DNA from: Vicinamibacteria bacterium
Lineage (GTDB): Bacteria; Acidobacteriota; Vicinamibacteria; Marinacidobacterales; Marinacidobacteraceae
Reading direction: 5' to 3'
Length of the DNA: 64,000 nucleotides
NCBI GenBank assembly: GCA_965199715.1
Contig: OZ241322.1
Span: 1,664,001 to 1,728,000 of the forward strand
Under the pieces are notes generated by a model. The model did not search any database, had not been told where the DNA came from, and worked only from the letters and a program-made list of their open reading frames with translations. Position numbers and translations under genes: made by a program. The number at the start of each line of letters is the position of its first letter. Position 1 is the stretch's first letter. Positions 10,576 to 18,464 of this stretch are shown here, piece by piece.

Positions 10576-11325
10576 ATGATCCTTCGCCTGCAGCACATCG
10601 GAACCGCCTACGCCAGCCACGACCGGGCCGTCGAGCGCCTGAAGCGGGTGGGCCTCGCGCCGCAGGACTTCCGGGACGACCAGGGCCAGGGATTCCAGCA
10701 CGACTGCCGCACCCTGCTCGGCAACGAGTGCTGGCTGCACGTGGTCCACAACTGGAACCCGCAGGCGCGGGTGTTTCGGTACCTCGCGGCGCACGGCGAG
10801 GGGCTCGAGCACATCGCCATCGAGACCGACGACATCCACGCCGCGGTCGCCCGGGTGCGCGAGAGCGCCCCGATCTGGGAGGACCGGATTCTCGAGAAGG
10901 CGGCGGACGGCTTCGAGGCGTTCGTGTACCCCGAGCACGCCAGCGGGTTCACCGTGGAGCTCATCCAGCCGCACCCGACGAGCTGGAACTGGCCGGACCC
11001 GCCGCCCGAACGCGTCAGCCCGACGCTCGAGGTGCGCCGCCTCGCCGAGGTCGTCGCTGGCGCTCCCGACCCGGTCTCCGCCGCCGAGCGCTTCGACCGG
11101 CTCTTCGACCTGAAGCCGGAATCCGACGGGAAGGACGCGCTGGTCGCGTTCCGCAACGACTGCGCGCTGCGCTTCCGCCCGGGCGAACCCGGACTTCACG
11201 CGCTCGTCTTCGAGAGCGCCGACCCCGAGGCGGACCGCCGCGCGCTCGCGCCGCTCGCGGGAGACGGCCCCGAAGTCCGCGTCCCGTCCGGGGCGGCGGG
11301 CTTCGAGATCGTCATCCGCGGCTGA
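10576..11325 (+). CDS. VOC/glyoxalase family protein (methylmalonyl-CoA epimerase-like)
   Basis: LQHIG, HGEGLEHIAIETDDI, and FVYPEHASGFTVELIQ motifs. Confidence 0.8.
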   Translation: MILRLQHIGTAYASHDRAVERLKRVGLAPQDFRDDQGQGFQHDCRTLLGNECWLHVVHNWNPQARVFRYLAAHGEGLEHIAIETDDIHAAVARVRESAPIWEDRILEKAADGFEAFVYPEHASGFTVELIQPHPTSWNWPDPPPERVSPTLEVRRLAEVVAGAPDPVSAAERFDRLFDLKPESDGKDALVAFRNDCALRFRPGEPGLHALVFESADPEADRRALAPLAGDGPEVRVPSGAAGFEIVIRG

Positions 11326-11368
11326 ACTCGGAGCGGGGCTTGCCGGCTCCGCGAAACCACCGAGGAGG

Positions 11369-11723
11369 ATCCGACGTGCGCATCTGACCCTTGCGATTCT
11401 CGGAGCGGCGCTGATCGGCGCCGTCGCCCCCAGTTCCACTGCCCGCGCCGCCTCCGATCCTGGAGGACGTCCCCGGGGAAGCGCCCGAGCGGGAGCTGCT
11501 GGAACTCCGCGATCCGGTTGTGGACGCGATCTGGATTTCGGCTGCCCCCGCGCAAGAGCGCCGGCGGATGATGATCGGCGCGCTCGCCGAGCGGCACGCG
11601 CGGCGCCTGCAGGACGAGGGGCACGACGAGGCCGCGGTTCGACGGGAGCTGGAGCGCGTCCTTGAGTCCACCGAGGAGCTCGTCGAGGCGGAATGTCGCC
11701 GCGCCTTGCGACGAACCGACTAG
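11369..11723 (+). pseudogene. Hypothetical secreted protein, probably disrupted
   Basis: A signal-peptide-like segment (IRRAHLTLAILGAALIGAVAP) directly after GAGGAGG is out of frame with the helical ORF ending at 11723. A C5 run lies at 11427-11431. Confidence 0.3.
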
Positions 11724-11742
11724 TCGGTTAGACTGGTCGGTC
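11714..11742 (+). promoter_or_regulatory. Palindromic operator overlapping the -10 box of the TA operon
   Basis: Perfect 16-bp palindrome AACCGACTAGTCGGTT (11714-11729), a second degenerate copy GACTGGTCGGT, and TAGACT at 11729-11734. Confidence 0.7.
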
Positions 11743-11763
11743 CGTTCCGAAAGAGGCGGCCCC

Positions 11764-12009
11764 ATGGAAGAAATCGGAGCCTACGCGGCCAAGACGCACT
11801 TCCCGAAGCTGCTCGACCGGGTGTCCGAGGGCGAGAGCGTCCTCATCACCCGGCGCGGGAAGCCCGTCGCCAAGCTCGTGCCGGCCGAGGACGACCACCG
11901 CAAGCGGGCGGAAGCGGCGGTCCGGCGCATGGAGCAACGGCGGCGAGAAGTCGTCGGCGCCTCGCTTGAGGAACTGATTGCCTCCGTGCACGAAGGACAC
12001 CGGTATTGA
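11764..12009 (+). CDS. Type II antitoxin, Phd/YefM family
   Basis: IGAYAAKTHFPKLLDRVSEGESVLITRRGKPVAKLVP. Confidence 0.9.
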   Translation: MEEIGAYAAKTHFPKLLDRVSEGESVLITRRGKPVAKLVPAEDDHRKRAEAAVRRMEQRRREVVGASLEELIASVHEGHRY

Positions 12010-12437
12010 GTCCGCTGGTCGTCGATGCGTCGATGATCCTCGCTGCGAACCTCGAGGACGAGGAACATCCCGAGGTTGCGGCCGTCTTGCGGCGGGTCGC
12101 GGCGGCGGGGTGCGTCGTGCCGGGCGTCTGGTGGTATGAGGTTCGCAACGCGTTTCTCATGAACGAGCGGCGCGGGCGGATCACCCCGAACCAGGTCGCG
12201 AATGCGCTGGCGGACTGTCGAGACATTCGCTTCGAACGCGATACCACCCACGATGAGGCGTTCCTCCTCGAACTGGCGCGCCGACATCGGCTCACCATTT
12301 ACGATGCCTCGTATCTTGAGGTCGCGCTGCGGCGCAACCTGCCGCTGGCCACGCTTGATCGCCGCCTCGCCGCCGCCGCTCGGGAGTCCGGGGTCGCCGT
12401 TTGCGGCGAGGAGCCGAACCGTGACACGCAGCACTGA
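12006..12437 (+). CDS. vapC: Type II toxin, VapC PIN-domain ribonuclease
   Basis: LVVDAS, WWYEVRN, LTIYDASYLEVA, LATLDRRL; 4-nt overlap with the antitoxin. Confidence 0.9.
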   Translation: MSPLVVDASMILAANLEDEEHPEVAAVLRRVAAAGCVVPGVWWYEVRNAFLMNERRGRITPNQVANALADCRDIRFERDTTHDEAFLLELARRHRLTIYDASYLEVALRRNLPLATLDRRLAAAARESGVAVCGEEPNRDTQH

Positions 12438-12696
12438 GAGGGCGGGCGACGAGGGCCCGATCGACGCCGGCGAGGCGCCGAAGCGCTTCGCCCGGCTGCT
12501 CGAGCGAGTGGCCGAAGGCGAGAGCGTCCTCATCACCCGAGACGGGCGGCCCGTCGCCAAGCTCGCGCCGGCCGAGGACGAGCGCCGCAAGCGCGCGGAC
12601 GCGCGGATCGGGCGCATGGCGCGGCTCCGCAGTGGGATCGTGGGCGCCACGTCCGAGGAGATCATGGCCTCGATCCATGAGGGTCACCGCTACTGA
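12421..12696 (+). CDS. Second Phd/YefM antitoxin copy with degenerate N-terminus
   Basis: LLERVAEGESVLITRDGRPVAKLAPAED...ASIHEGHRY is closely similar to 11764-12009. Start codon uncertain. Confidence 0.65.
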   Translation: MTRSTERAGDEGPIDAGEAPKRFARLLERVAEGESVLITRDGRPVAKLAPAEDERRKRADARIGRMARLRSGIVGATSEEIMASIHEGHRY

Positions 12697-12712
12697 GGCG
12701 AACGATGCCGCC

Positions 12713-12775
12713 CGCCCGGCGCTCGACGGACGCGCTGCGGATGAGATCCTCGGGTGCGACGAAGACGGCTCGCCG
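12713..12775 (+). pseudogene. Fragment of a VapB antitoxin C-terminus (Rv0623-like family)
   Basis: RPALDGRAADEILGCDEDGSP resembles the recalled family tail PVLDxRxxDEILGYDExGLP. Confidence 0.5.
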
Positions 12776-12894
12776 GGTCGGGAGCTCGGCGAGGCGACCC
12801 CTCCGACGGACGCCGCCCCGCCGCCCGGCCCCGACCGCCCGCCCTTCGGCGTTCCGCTCCCCGTTCGCCGAATGCCGTGCGATTCTTGGCGAAT

Positions 12895-12923
12895 TTGACA
12901 GACCGAACGGAATCCAACATACT
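12895..12923 (+). promoter_or_regulatory. Sigma-70 type promoter
   Basis: TTGACA (12895-12900), 17-nt spacer, CATACT (12918-12923). Confidence 0.65.
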
Positions 12924-12932
12924 CGTGCGCTT

Positions 12933-13006
12933 GACTTCGGGAAGTTGGATCGGCGAGTCATCCGCACGTGGCGGCTCGCGCCCTTCAATCTCCCGAAGCT
13001 CTTTGC
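12933..13006 (+). ncRNA. Candidate structured RNA (sRNA or leader hairpin)
   Basis: Long imperfect hairpin CTTCGGGA..GCGAGTC..GGCTCGC..TCCCGAAG beginning just after the predicted +1 and followed by CTCTTT. Confidence 0.3.
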
Positions 13007-13059
13007 TATCTATCGTTTAGCTGCTCGGTCGCATTCCCGCGGAGTCCCGGTTTCGTCCT

Positions 13060-13075
13060 TGGCCCGCCAGTTGCT
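13060..13075 (+). promoter_or_regulatory. Sigma-54 (-24/-12) promoter of TBDR 2
   Basis: TGGCCCG-ccag-TTGCT; 14/15 identical to the element upstream of TBDR 1. Confidence 0.75.
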
Positions 13076-13134
13076 CAGAGAAGCCGAACGTTCCCAACTC
13101 CATGCTCTCGATCCCCAAGGAGGACCAACGCAGC

Positions 13135-16041
13135 ATGAGAAGACTGATTCTCTTTAGCCTGCTGCTGGCGTGGCCGAGCGCGGCGCTCAGTCAGCAGATC
13201 TACGGGCGGCTCGAAGGCGCGGCCTCGGATACGCAGGGTCTGGTCCTCCCCGGAGTGACCGTCACCCTGACCTCCGACGAGCTCGTAGCCCCCCGCATCG
13301 CGACGACGGACGTGGACGGCTCGTACCGGTTCGCGCAGCTCGTCGGCGGCAGCTACAACGTCATGTTCGAGCTCGGCGGCTTCCAGACCGTCGTGTTCGA
13401 GGACGTGACGGTGGTCGGCGGCTCCACGTTCCAGATCAACGCGAACATGGACATCGCGACCGTCGCCGAGACGGTGACCGTGACCGGGGAATCGCCGGTC
13501 GTGGACGTGAAAACCACCGGCGTCTCCGCGACGTTCGACACGACCCAGCTTGAGGATGTCCCGTCGGCCACCGACATGTGGGCGGTCCTCCAGCAGAGTC
13601 CCGGCGTGCGGATGCGCGGCTACGACGTGGGCGGGTCCCACAAGAGCCAGCAGTCCGGCTACGAGACGTTCGGCGTCCGCGGCCAGAACCGCATCATCAA
13701 CGACGGCGTGAACACGACCGAGGGCACCGGCGGAGCCGGCGGCTACTACGACTTCTACGCGATCGGCGAGTTCCAGGTGTCCGCGCAGGGCGCCGACGTG
13801 GAGACGAACACTCCCGGCGCCACCGTGAACGCGGTCTGGAAGAGCGGCGGAAACCAGTTCTCCGGCACCGAGCACGGCGCCTATGAGCCCCGCGACTGGA
13901 TCGCGAACAACATCTCCTCCGACCTCGAAAGCCGCGGCGGCACCCCGGCGCCGGTGATTGACTTCTACGAGTACCACCTCGATCTCGGCGGCCCGATCGT
14001 CCGGGACAAGGCGTGGTTCTACGCGGCCTACAACCGGTTCTTCATTGACCGGATCATCTCCGGTGTGGACGAGTCCGACGCCACGGACGTGGGCGATTTC
14101 GACATGTTCACCGTGAAGGCGAACTGGCAGATCACGGATCGTGATCAGTTCATCACCTTCCACCACTGGTCGCTCAAGCAGAAGCCCTTCCGGGGACTCT
14201 CGTCCTCGCGCCCGCCCGAGACCATCCTCGCGCAGGACTCGTGGAGCTGGCTCCACAAGGCCGAGTGGCAGCGGGTCTGGAGCGACCGTCTTTACAGCAA
14301 CATCCAGGTCAACCACTTCGGCTTCGGCTGGCCGATGACCCCCGCGGTCGATCCGTCCACGAATCCGCCGCGGGTGGACTCCGGCACCGGCCAGTGGGCT
14401 GGCGCTGGTTGGCGTCCGTTCACGTTCAACCGCTGGAAGCCGCACTCCACCGGGCAGTTCAACTACTACCTCCCGACCGGAGACCAGAGCCACGACTTCA
14501 AGTTCGGGTGGGATTTCCAGATCGACGAGCGGCAGTTCGGCTGGAACTCGAACTCGGGCGCAGTGCGCTACCTCGACGACAGCAACCAGGATCCTCCGCG
14601 CCCATTCAACGTCAACGAGATCCACTTCCAGAGCTTCCCGAACTTCAACCAGGATCGGAACACCCACATGGACTTCTATGCGCAGGACGTGTGGACGATC
14701 AACGATCGCCTGACGATCAACGCCGGCGTTCGCTTCGGAAGCCAGCGCATCGGCTACCTCGGCTCGAACAACACGCCGGGCGGCACCTGCCCCGCCGTCG
14801 TTGGCTGCATCCGCGAGATTGCGGCCATTGACGCCAACGTGGCGGGCGCGCTTCCGCTCCTGTTCGGTCCCGGCGACGAGATCCCTGCCGCGAGCAACCT
14901 CATCAGTTGGTGGAACGTTGCTCCCCGGGTCGGCTTCACGTTCGACGTGACCGGCGAGGGCCGCTCGGTCCTGAAGGGCTACTGGGGCCGTTACTTCCAC
15001 AACATGAACAGCGGCTGGCCGTCAGCCAACCCCGGTGGCAACAAGTCCGTGACCTATGAGTTCCTTGACCAGAACATGAACGGTCTCTTCGACGGCGTCG
15101 GCGAGCTGGGCGCTCGCCTCGGCGGCAGCACCGGTGCTGGCCTCGGTCAGGACTTCAGCGTTCCGCCGACTGGAATTGCGATTGACCAAGCGACAGAGCA
15201 GCCGTACGTGGACGAGGTCAGCGCTTCTTGGGAGCACCAGATCGGCAACGATCTCGGCGCCCGGATCTCGCTGGTCCACAAGCGGCAGTACGGCGCGTGG
15301 GGCAACCTGAACGTCGCCCGCATCGGCACCCTGACGAACCAGGCGCAGGTCGCCTGCCCGGACGCGTGTCCGAACGGGTTGGCCGGCACCCTGCTGACCG
15401 TCAACGGGCTGCCCGATGGCGTTCCGAACAGCGATCTCCTCGCGACGAACGTTCCCGCAGGCGAAGCCGACTACAACTGGACCACGCTGTCGATGGGACT
15501 GAATCGCCGCTTCCGGAACAACTTCTTCTGGAACGCCTACTTCGACTACCAGTGGCGGAGCGAAGGCCGGACTCCGGGCCAGAGCACGAGCCCGCTGACC
15601 ACCGATCCGGTCGGCGTCGGCTGGACCTACCCGTACGGCTTCATCCCCAACATTCAGGAGACGGACAACTGGCAGTTCAAGGGCGCGGCCCGCTACGTCA
15701 TGCCCTATGACATCGGCGTGGCCGGCACGCTGCGGTACGTCAGCGGCTTCCCATGGGCACCGTTCGTCAGCGTCCCGGTTCCGAACGTCGGCAACCAGAC
15801 CATCTTCCTCGCGAACATGGACACCAACCGCTCGGACACGGTGTCAATCCTTGATTTCCGTGTGGACAAGTCCTTCGCGCTCGGCGACTTCGGGCAGATT
15901 GAGTTCATGGTGGACTTCTTCAACGCGCTCAACAACGCTTCCGAGACCAACTTCCGGATGGTCGTCGGTTCGCGTTACCGCGAGACCATTGAGTGGATCC
16001 AAGGCCGCACCATCGGCCTCTCCGCTCGCCTGACCTTCTAG
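13135..16041 (+). CDS. TonB-dependent receptor (Oar-like), paralog 2
   Basis: SD AAGGAGG, signal peptide, same motif set as paralog 1, and identical C-terminus GRTIGLSARLTF. Confidence 0.93.
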   Translation: MRRLILFSLLLAWPSAALSQQIYGRLEGAASDTQGLVLPGVTVTLTSDELVAPRIATTDVDGSYRFAQLVGGSYNVMFELGGFQTVVFEDVTVVGGSTFQINANMDIATVAETVTVTGESPVVDVKTTGVSATFDTTQLEDVPSATDMWAVLQQSPGVRMRGYDVGGSHKSQQSGYETFGVRGQNRIINDGVNTTEGTGGAGGYYDFYAIGEFQVSAQGADVETNTPGATVNAVWKSGGNQFSGTEHGAYEPRDWIANNISSDLESRGGTPAPVIDFYEYHLDLGGPIVRDKAWFYAAYNRFFIDRIISGVDESDATDVGDFDMFTVKANWQITDRDQFITFHHWSLKQKPFRGLSSSRPPETILAQDSWSWLHKAEWQRVWSDRLYSNIQVNHFGFGWPMTPAVDPSTNPPRVDSGTGQWAGAGWRPFTFNRWKPHSTGQFNYYLPTGDQSHDFKFGWDFQIDERQFGWNSNSGAVRYLDDSNQDPPRPFNVNEIHFQSFPNFNQDRNTHMDFYAQDVWTINDRLTINAGVRFGSQRIGYLGSNNTPGGTCPAVVGCIREIAAIDANVAGALPLLFGPGDEIPAASNLISWWNVAPRVGFTFDVTGEGRSVLKGYWGRYFHNMNSGWPSANPGGNKSVTYEFLDQNMNGLFDGVGELGARLGGSTGAGLGQDFSVPPTGIAIDQATEQPYVDEVSASWEHQIGNDLGARISLVHKRQYGAWGNLNVARIGTLTNQAQVACPDACPNGLAGTLLTVNGLPDGVPNSDLLATNVPAGEADYNWTTLSMGLNRRFRNNFFWNAYFDYQWRSEGRTPGQSTSPLTTDPVGVGWTYPYGFIPNIQETDNWQFKGAARYVMPYDIGVAGTLRYVSGFPWAPFVSVPVPNVGNQTIFLANMDTNRSDTVSILDFRVDKSFALGDFGQIEFMVDFFNALNNASETNFRMVVGSRYRETIEWIQGRTIGLSARLTF

Positions 16042-16066
16042 AGTCCTTTTAGAGCCTCAGGCAACT

Positions 16067-16103
16067 GGCCCGCCGTCCTTAGGGGCGGCGGGCCTCTTTC
16101 TTT
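16067..16103 (+). terminator. Rho-independent terminator after TBDR 2
   Basis: GGCCCGCCGTCC-ttag-GGGCGGCGGGCC followed by TCTTTCTTT. Confidence 0.8.
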
Positions 16104-16155
16104 ATCTTGGCGCAGCGACGGCTACCGAACTTCCATATTCGTGTCCAACACGACC

Positions 16156-17175
16156 TCAAGGAGTTCCCACGAGTAGGTGGCCGCGCGGACGCTGCCGTCC
16201 GGCTGGGCGACCAGTTGGTGCACGGCCAAGGTTCTCGAGGTCTTCCTCGAATGCGCCTATGGCGGCCCTGACGCACGCGTGGCTGTGGGTCGTAGCGACG
16301 AGCTGGACATCCAGCCGCTTCATCCATTTCCGGACATGAATCCAAAGCCAGGGGAGGATCGTGTAGTGCTGGCCTCGCTCGATCTCATCCGACAGAGCGA
16401 CGCCGCCGCGAGCGGCGAGCAGCCCCAGCAGCAGCCGCTCGACAGTTGCGACTCCGTCTCCCAGATCGCCGAGGAGCCGCCGCTTCCCGGTTTCCGTGAG
16501 CGCACGGAGATAGGTCTCGCCGCGTTCATCCGCGAGCAGTTCAACGTCGCGCACGGACGGCATCGCCAGACGGATCGCCTTCACCAAGTCGGCCTTCAAG
16601 TCCTGGCGAACGACATCCGAGTACCAGGCAAGGAACTCCTTCGCGCGGATTCCCTGGCCGTCGGCGCCGACGAACACGGCGCGCGTCCCGCCGCTGGCCT
16701 CCTTCGGGCGCACGTATTGGACGGCCCCGGCGGGCGTGAGCGCGAAGGCGGTCTTGCCCTCGGACGCACTTGTGTCGAACCGGAGGTCAAGCCGCCCCGT
16801 GACCTGCGTTTACCGCTCGCTGTCTCCGATCCTGAGCGGAGCCCCGGAGCAGGAGTGAAACTCGGCCCGGACGGAACGCCCGACGCCGCGCCCGACCGCC
16901 GACAGCTCCACCCCGCCGGAATCGGAGAGGCGGATTATCCGATCGACCGGCGCGTCGCCGTACCGGTGCAACCCCGGATCCCAGAGAAGCTGGGGATTTC
17001 GCCGGCCCGCGAACAGCCGGATCGCTTCCAGCATGGCGGTCTTCCCGACGTCGTGGGCGCCGGTCGGGATGTTCGCCTGCTTCAGTGGGAGTTCGAGCCC
17101 GCTGATTCCTTGAAAGGACTTCGCGACGAAACGGCTCAGGGCGGGCGACCGCTCCGCCGCAGTATCATTCTCCAC
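16156..17175 (-). pseudogene. AAA_21/AbiEii-OLD-type ABC-fold ATPase, frameshifted
   Basis: Walker A-like GAHDVGKT in one frame; signature LGDG, Walker B-like ALSDEIERGQH and H-loop ATTHS in another frame. Confidence 0.7.
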
Positions 17176-17261
17176 TTCGCACCCCCTCCCCAACGGCGCT
17201 GCGCCGCGGCGGCATAGAGCCTCGGCCGGAAGCGGTGGGGTTCGGAAACGGGAGGTGCTTG

Positions 17262-17685
17262 ATGGAGACCATGCGAATCGGCGAGGCCGACGCGGAGGCG
17301 ATCCGCGGCGACTGTCGGAGGTCGGCAACGACCTTCAGAAAGCCATGGGCCTCAAGGAACGGACCTCGGGTGAGGCTCTCCCGCCTGCGGAAACGCTCGC
17401 TCGGTACGGGCGCGCGCTGCCGGTGAGCGCGGACCGGATCCTGTCGATCGCCGAGCGGGACGCGGCCCACCGCCGCGCCCTCGAGGCGCGGGTCGTAGTT
17501 GAGCGGCGCGGGGCCGCGCCGCCGATTTCCGGCGGGCGGCAGTTCACGTCGTGGCCCTGATCGCCGTCTGCGCCGCGGGATGGATGGCTTGGCAGGAGCG
17601 CGCCGTCTTGGGTTTCGCCGCGGCACCCGCGGGGCTCGGAGCCGCGCTCGCTCTCATCGTCCTCGGAGGACGCAGCTCGTTCTGA
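17262..17685 (+). pseudogene. DUF2335-like membrane protein with small upstream partner ORF, both frameshifted
   Basis: LPPAETLARYGRALPVSADRILSIAERDAAHR is DUF2335-like. Two TM segments continue in another frame to TGA 17685. The upstream DAEAIRGD / VGNDLQKAM segment is split across frames. Confidence 0.55.
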
Positions 17686-17987
17686 TGCGCCTGCGGAACG
17701 GCGGCGTCGCCGCAAGGACGCTGGCCCGGGAGCAGGCCGATCACCTTCGCGCCGACCGGTCCCCCGCCGAGGCCCAGAAGGCCGCACGGAAGCGGCGCCG
17801 GAAGATCCTCGCCGCTGTGAGCGCGGTGATGGTCAGTCTCGTGCTTGGACTGCTGTTCGACGAAAGACGCAACTGGCTGACGTTGGCGATCCCGGTAGGA
17901 GTTGGGATCTTCGCCGCGCTTTCCTCCGGCTGGAAGGAGGAGCGACGACGGGAAGCGGGTCCGGAATCGGCGGGGCTTACTCGGTGA
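17685..17987 (+). CDS. Hypothetical two-TM membrane protein
   Basis: ATG overlaps the upstream TGA; basic patch followed by two hydrophobic helices. Confidence 0.5.
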   Translation: MRLRNGGVAARTLAREQADHLRADRSPAEAQKAARKRRRKILAAVSAVMVSLVLGLLFDERRNWLTLAIPVGVGIFAALSSGWKEERRREAGPESAGLTR

Positions 17988-18083
17988 CGTCTCCGAACGT
18001 ACGGGAGATCGCCGGCAGTCTCTCGAAGCCCGTCGCCTGATCGATGCCCCTATCGAAGGACAGAATGCGTTGGACGCAAGCAG

Positions 18084-18248
18084 ATGTACGGAGGCGTGGG
18101 CCTCGGGCTCGTCGGCCTGCTCGTGGCGCTGCTGAGCGGCTCGGACGCGGCCGACTGGGCGCCGCTCCTCATGCCGGCGCTGGGCGCGGCCGGCGCGTGG
18201 CGCGTCCGGTCGAGGAAGAAGGCCGGCCCGCCGGTCAGGAACTCCTGA
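18084..18248 (+). CDS. Small hypothetical membrane protein (54 aa)
   Basis: Manual translation MYGGVGLGLVGLLVALLSGSDAADWAPLLMPALGAAGAWRVRSRKK; below the ORF-track cutoff. Confidence 0.3.
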   Translation: MYGGVGLGLVGLLVALLSGSDAADWAPLLMPALGAAGAWRVRSRKKAGPPVRNS

Positions 18249-18408
18249 AGGTCCCTCGGCCGGAGCGCCCGGCTTCGATCTCGGCGAGCATCCGGTCGAT
18301 GTCGGCGGTCGGGAACGAGTAGCGCGAATCGATCCGGATCGCCCGCAATTTCCGCTGCGCCTTGACCGCGTCAACCCGGCGCCGCCGGACGGCTTCCTTC
18401 GGACCCAT
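18235..18408 (-). pseudogene. Orphan VapB-type antitoxin remnant lacking the N-terminal DNA-binding part
   Basis: SD GGGAGG; KLRAIR...YSFPTADIDRMLAEIEAG resembles a recalled antitoxin tail (FPTADIDxMLAEIExG). No toxin follows. Confidence 0.5.
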
Positions 18409-18464
18409 GACGACCTCCCGGAGCGTACCCACGCCCACGAAATGAGTATAGGGCGAGCCGACCC

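Noticed and set aside
4537-16041. Diversity-generating retroelement (TR/VR) explanation for the TBDR or Phd repeats
   Set aside because: No reverse transcriptase in the window, both copies are coding, and the differences are not confined to adenines.
16177-17217. 346-aa plus-strand ORF
   Set aside because: Antisense to the ATPase pseudogene, whose Walker motifs identify the minus strand as coding.
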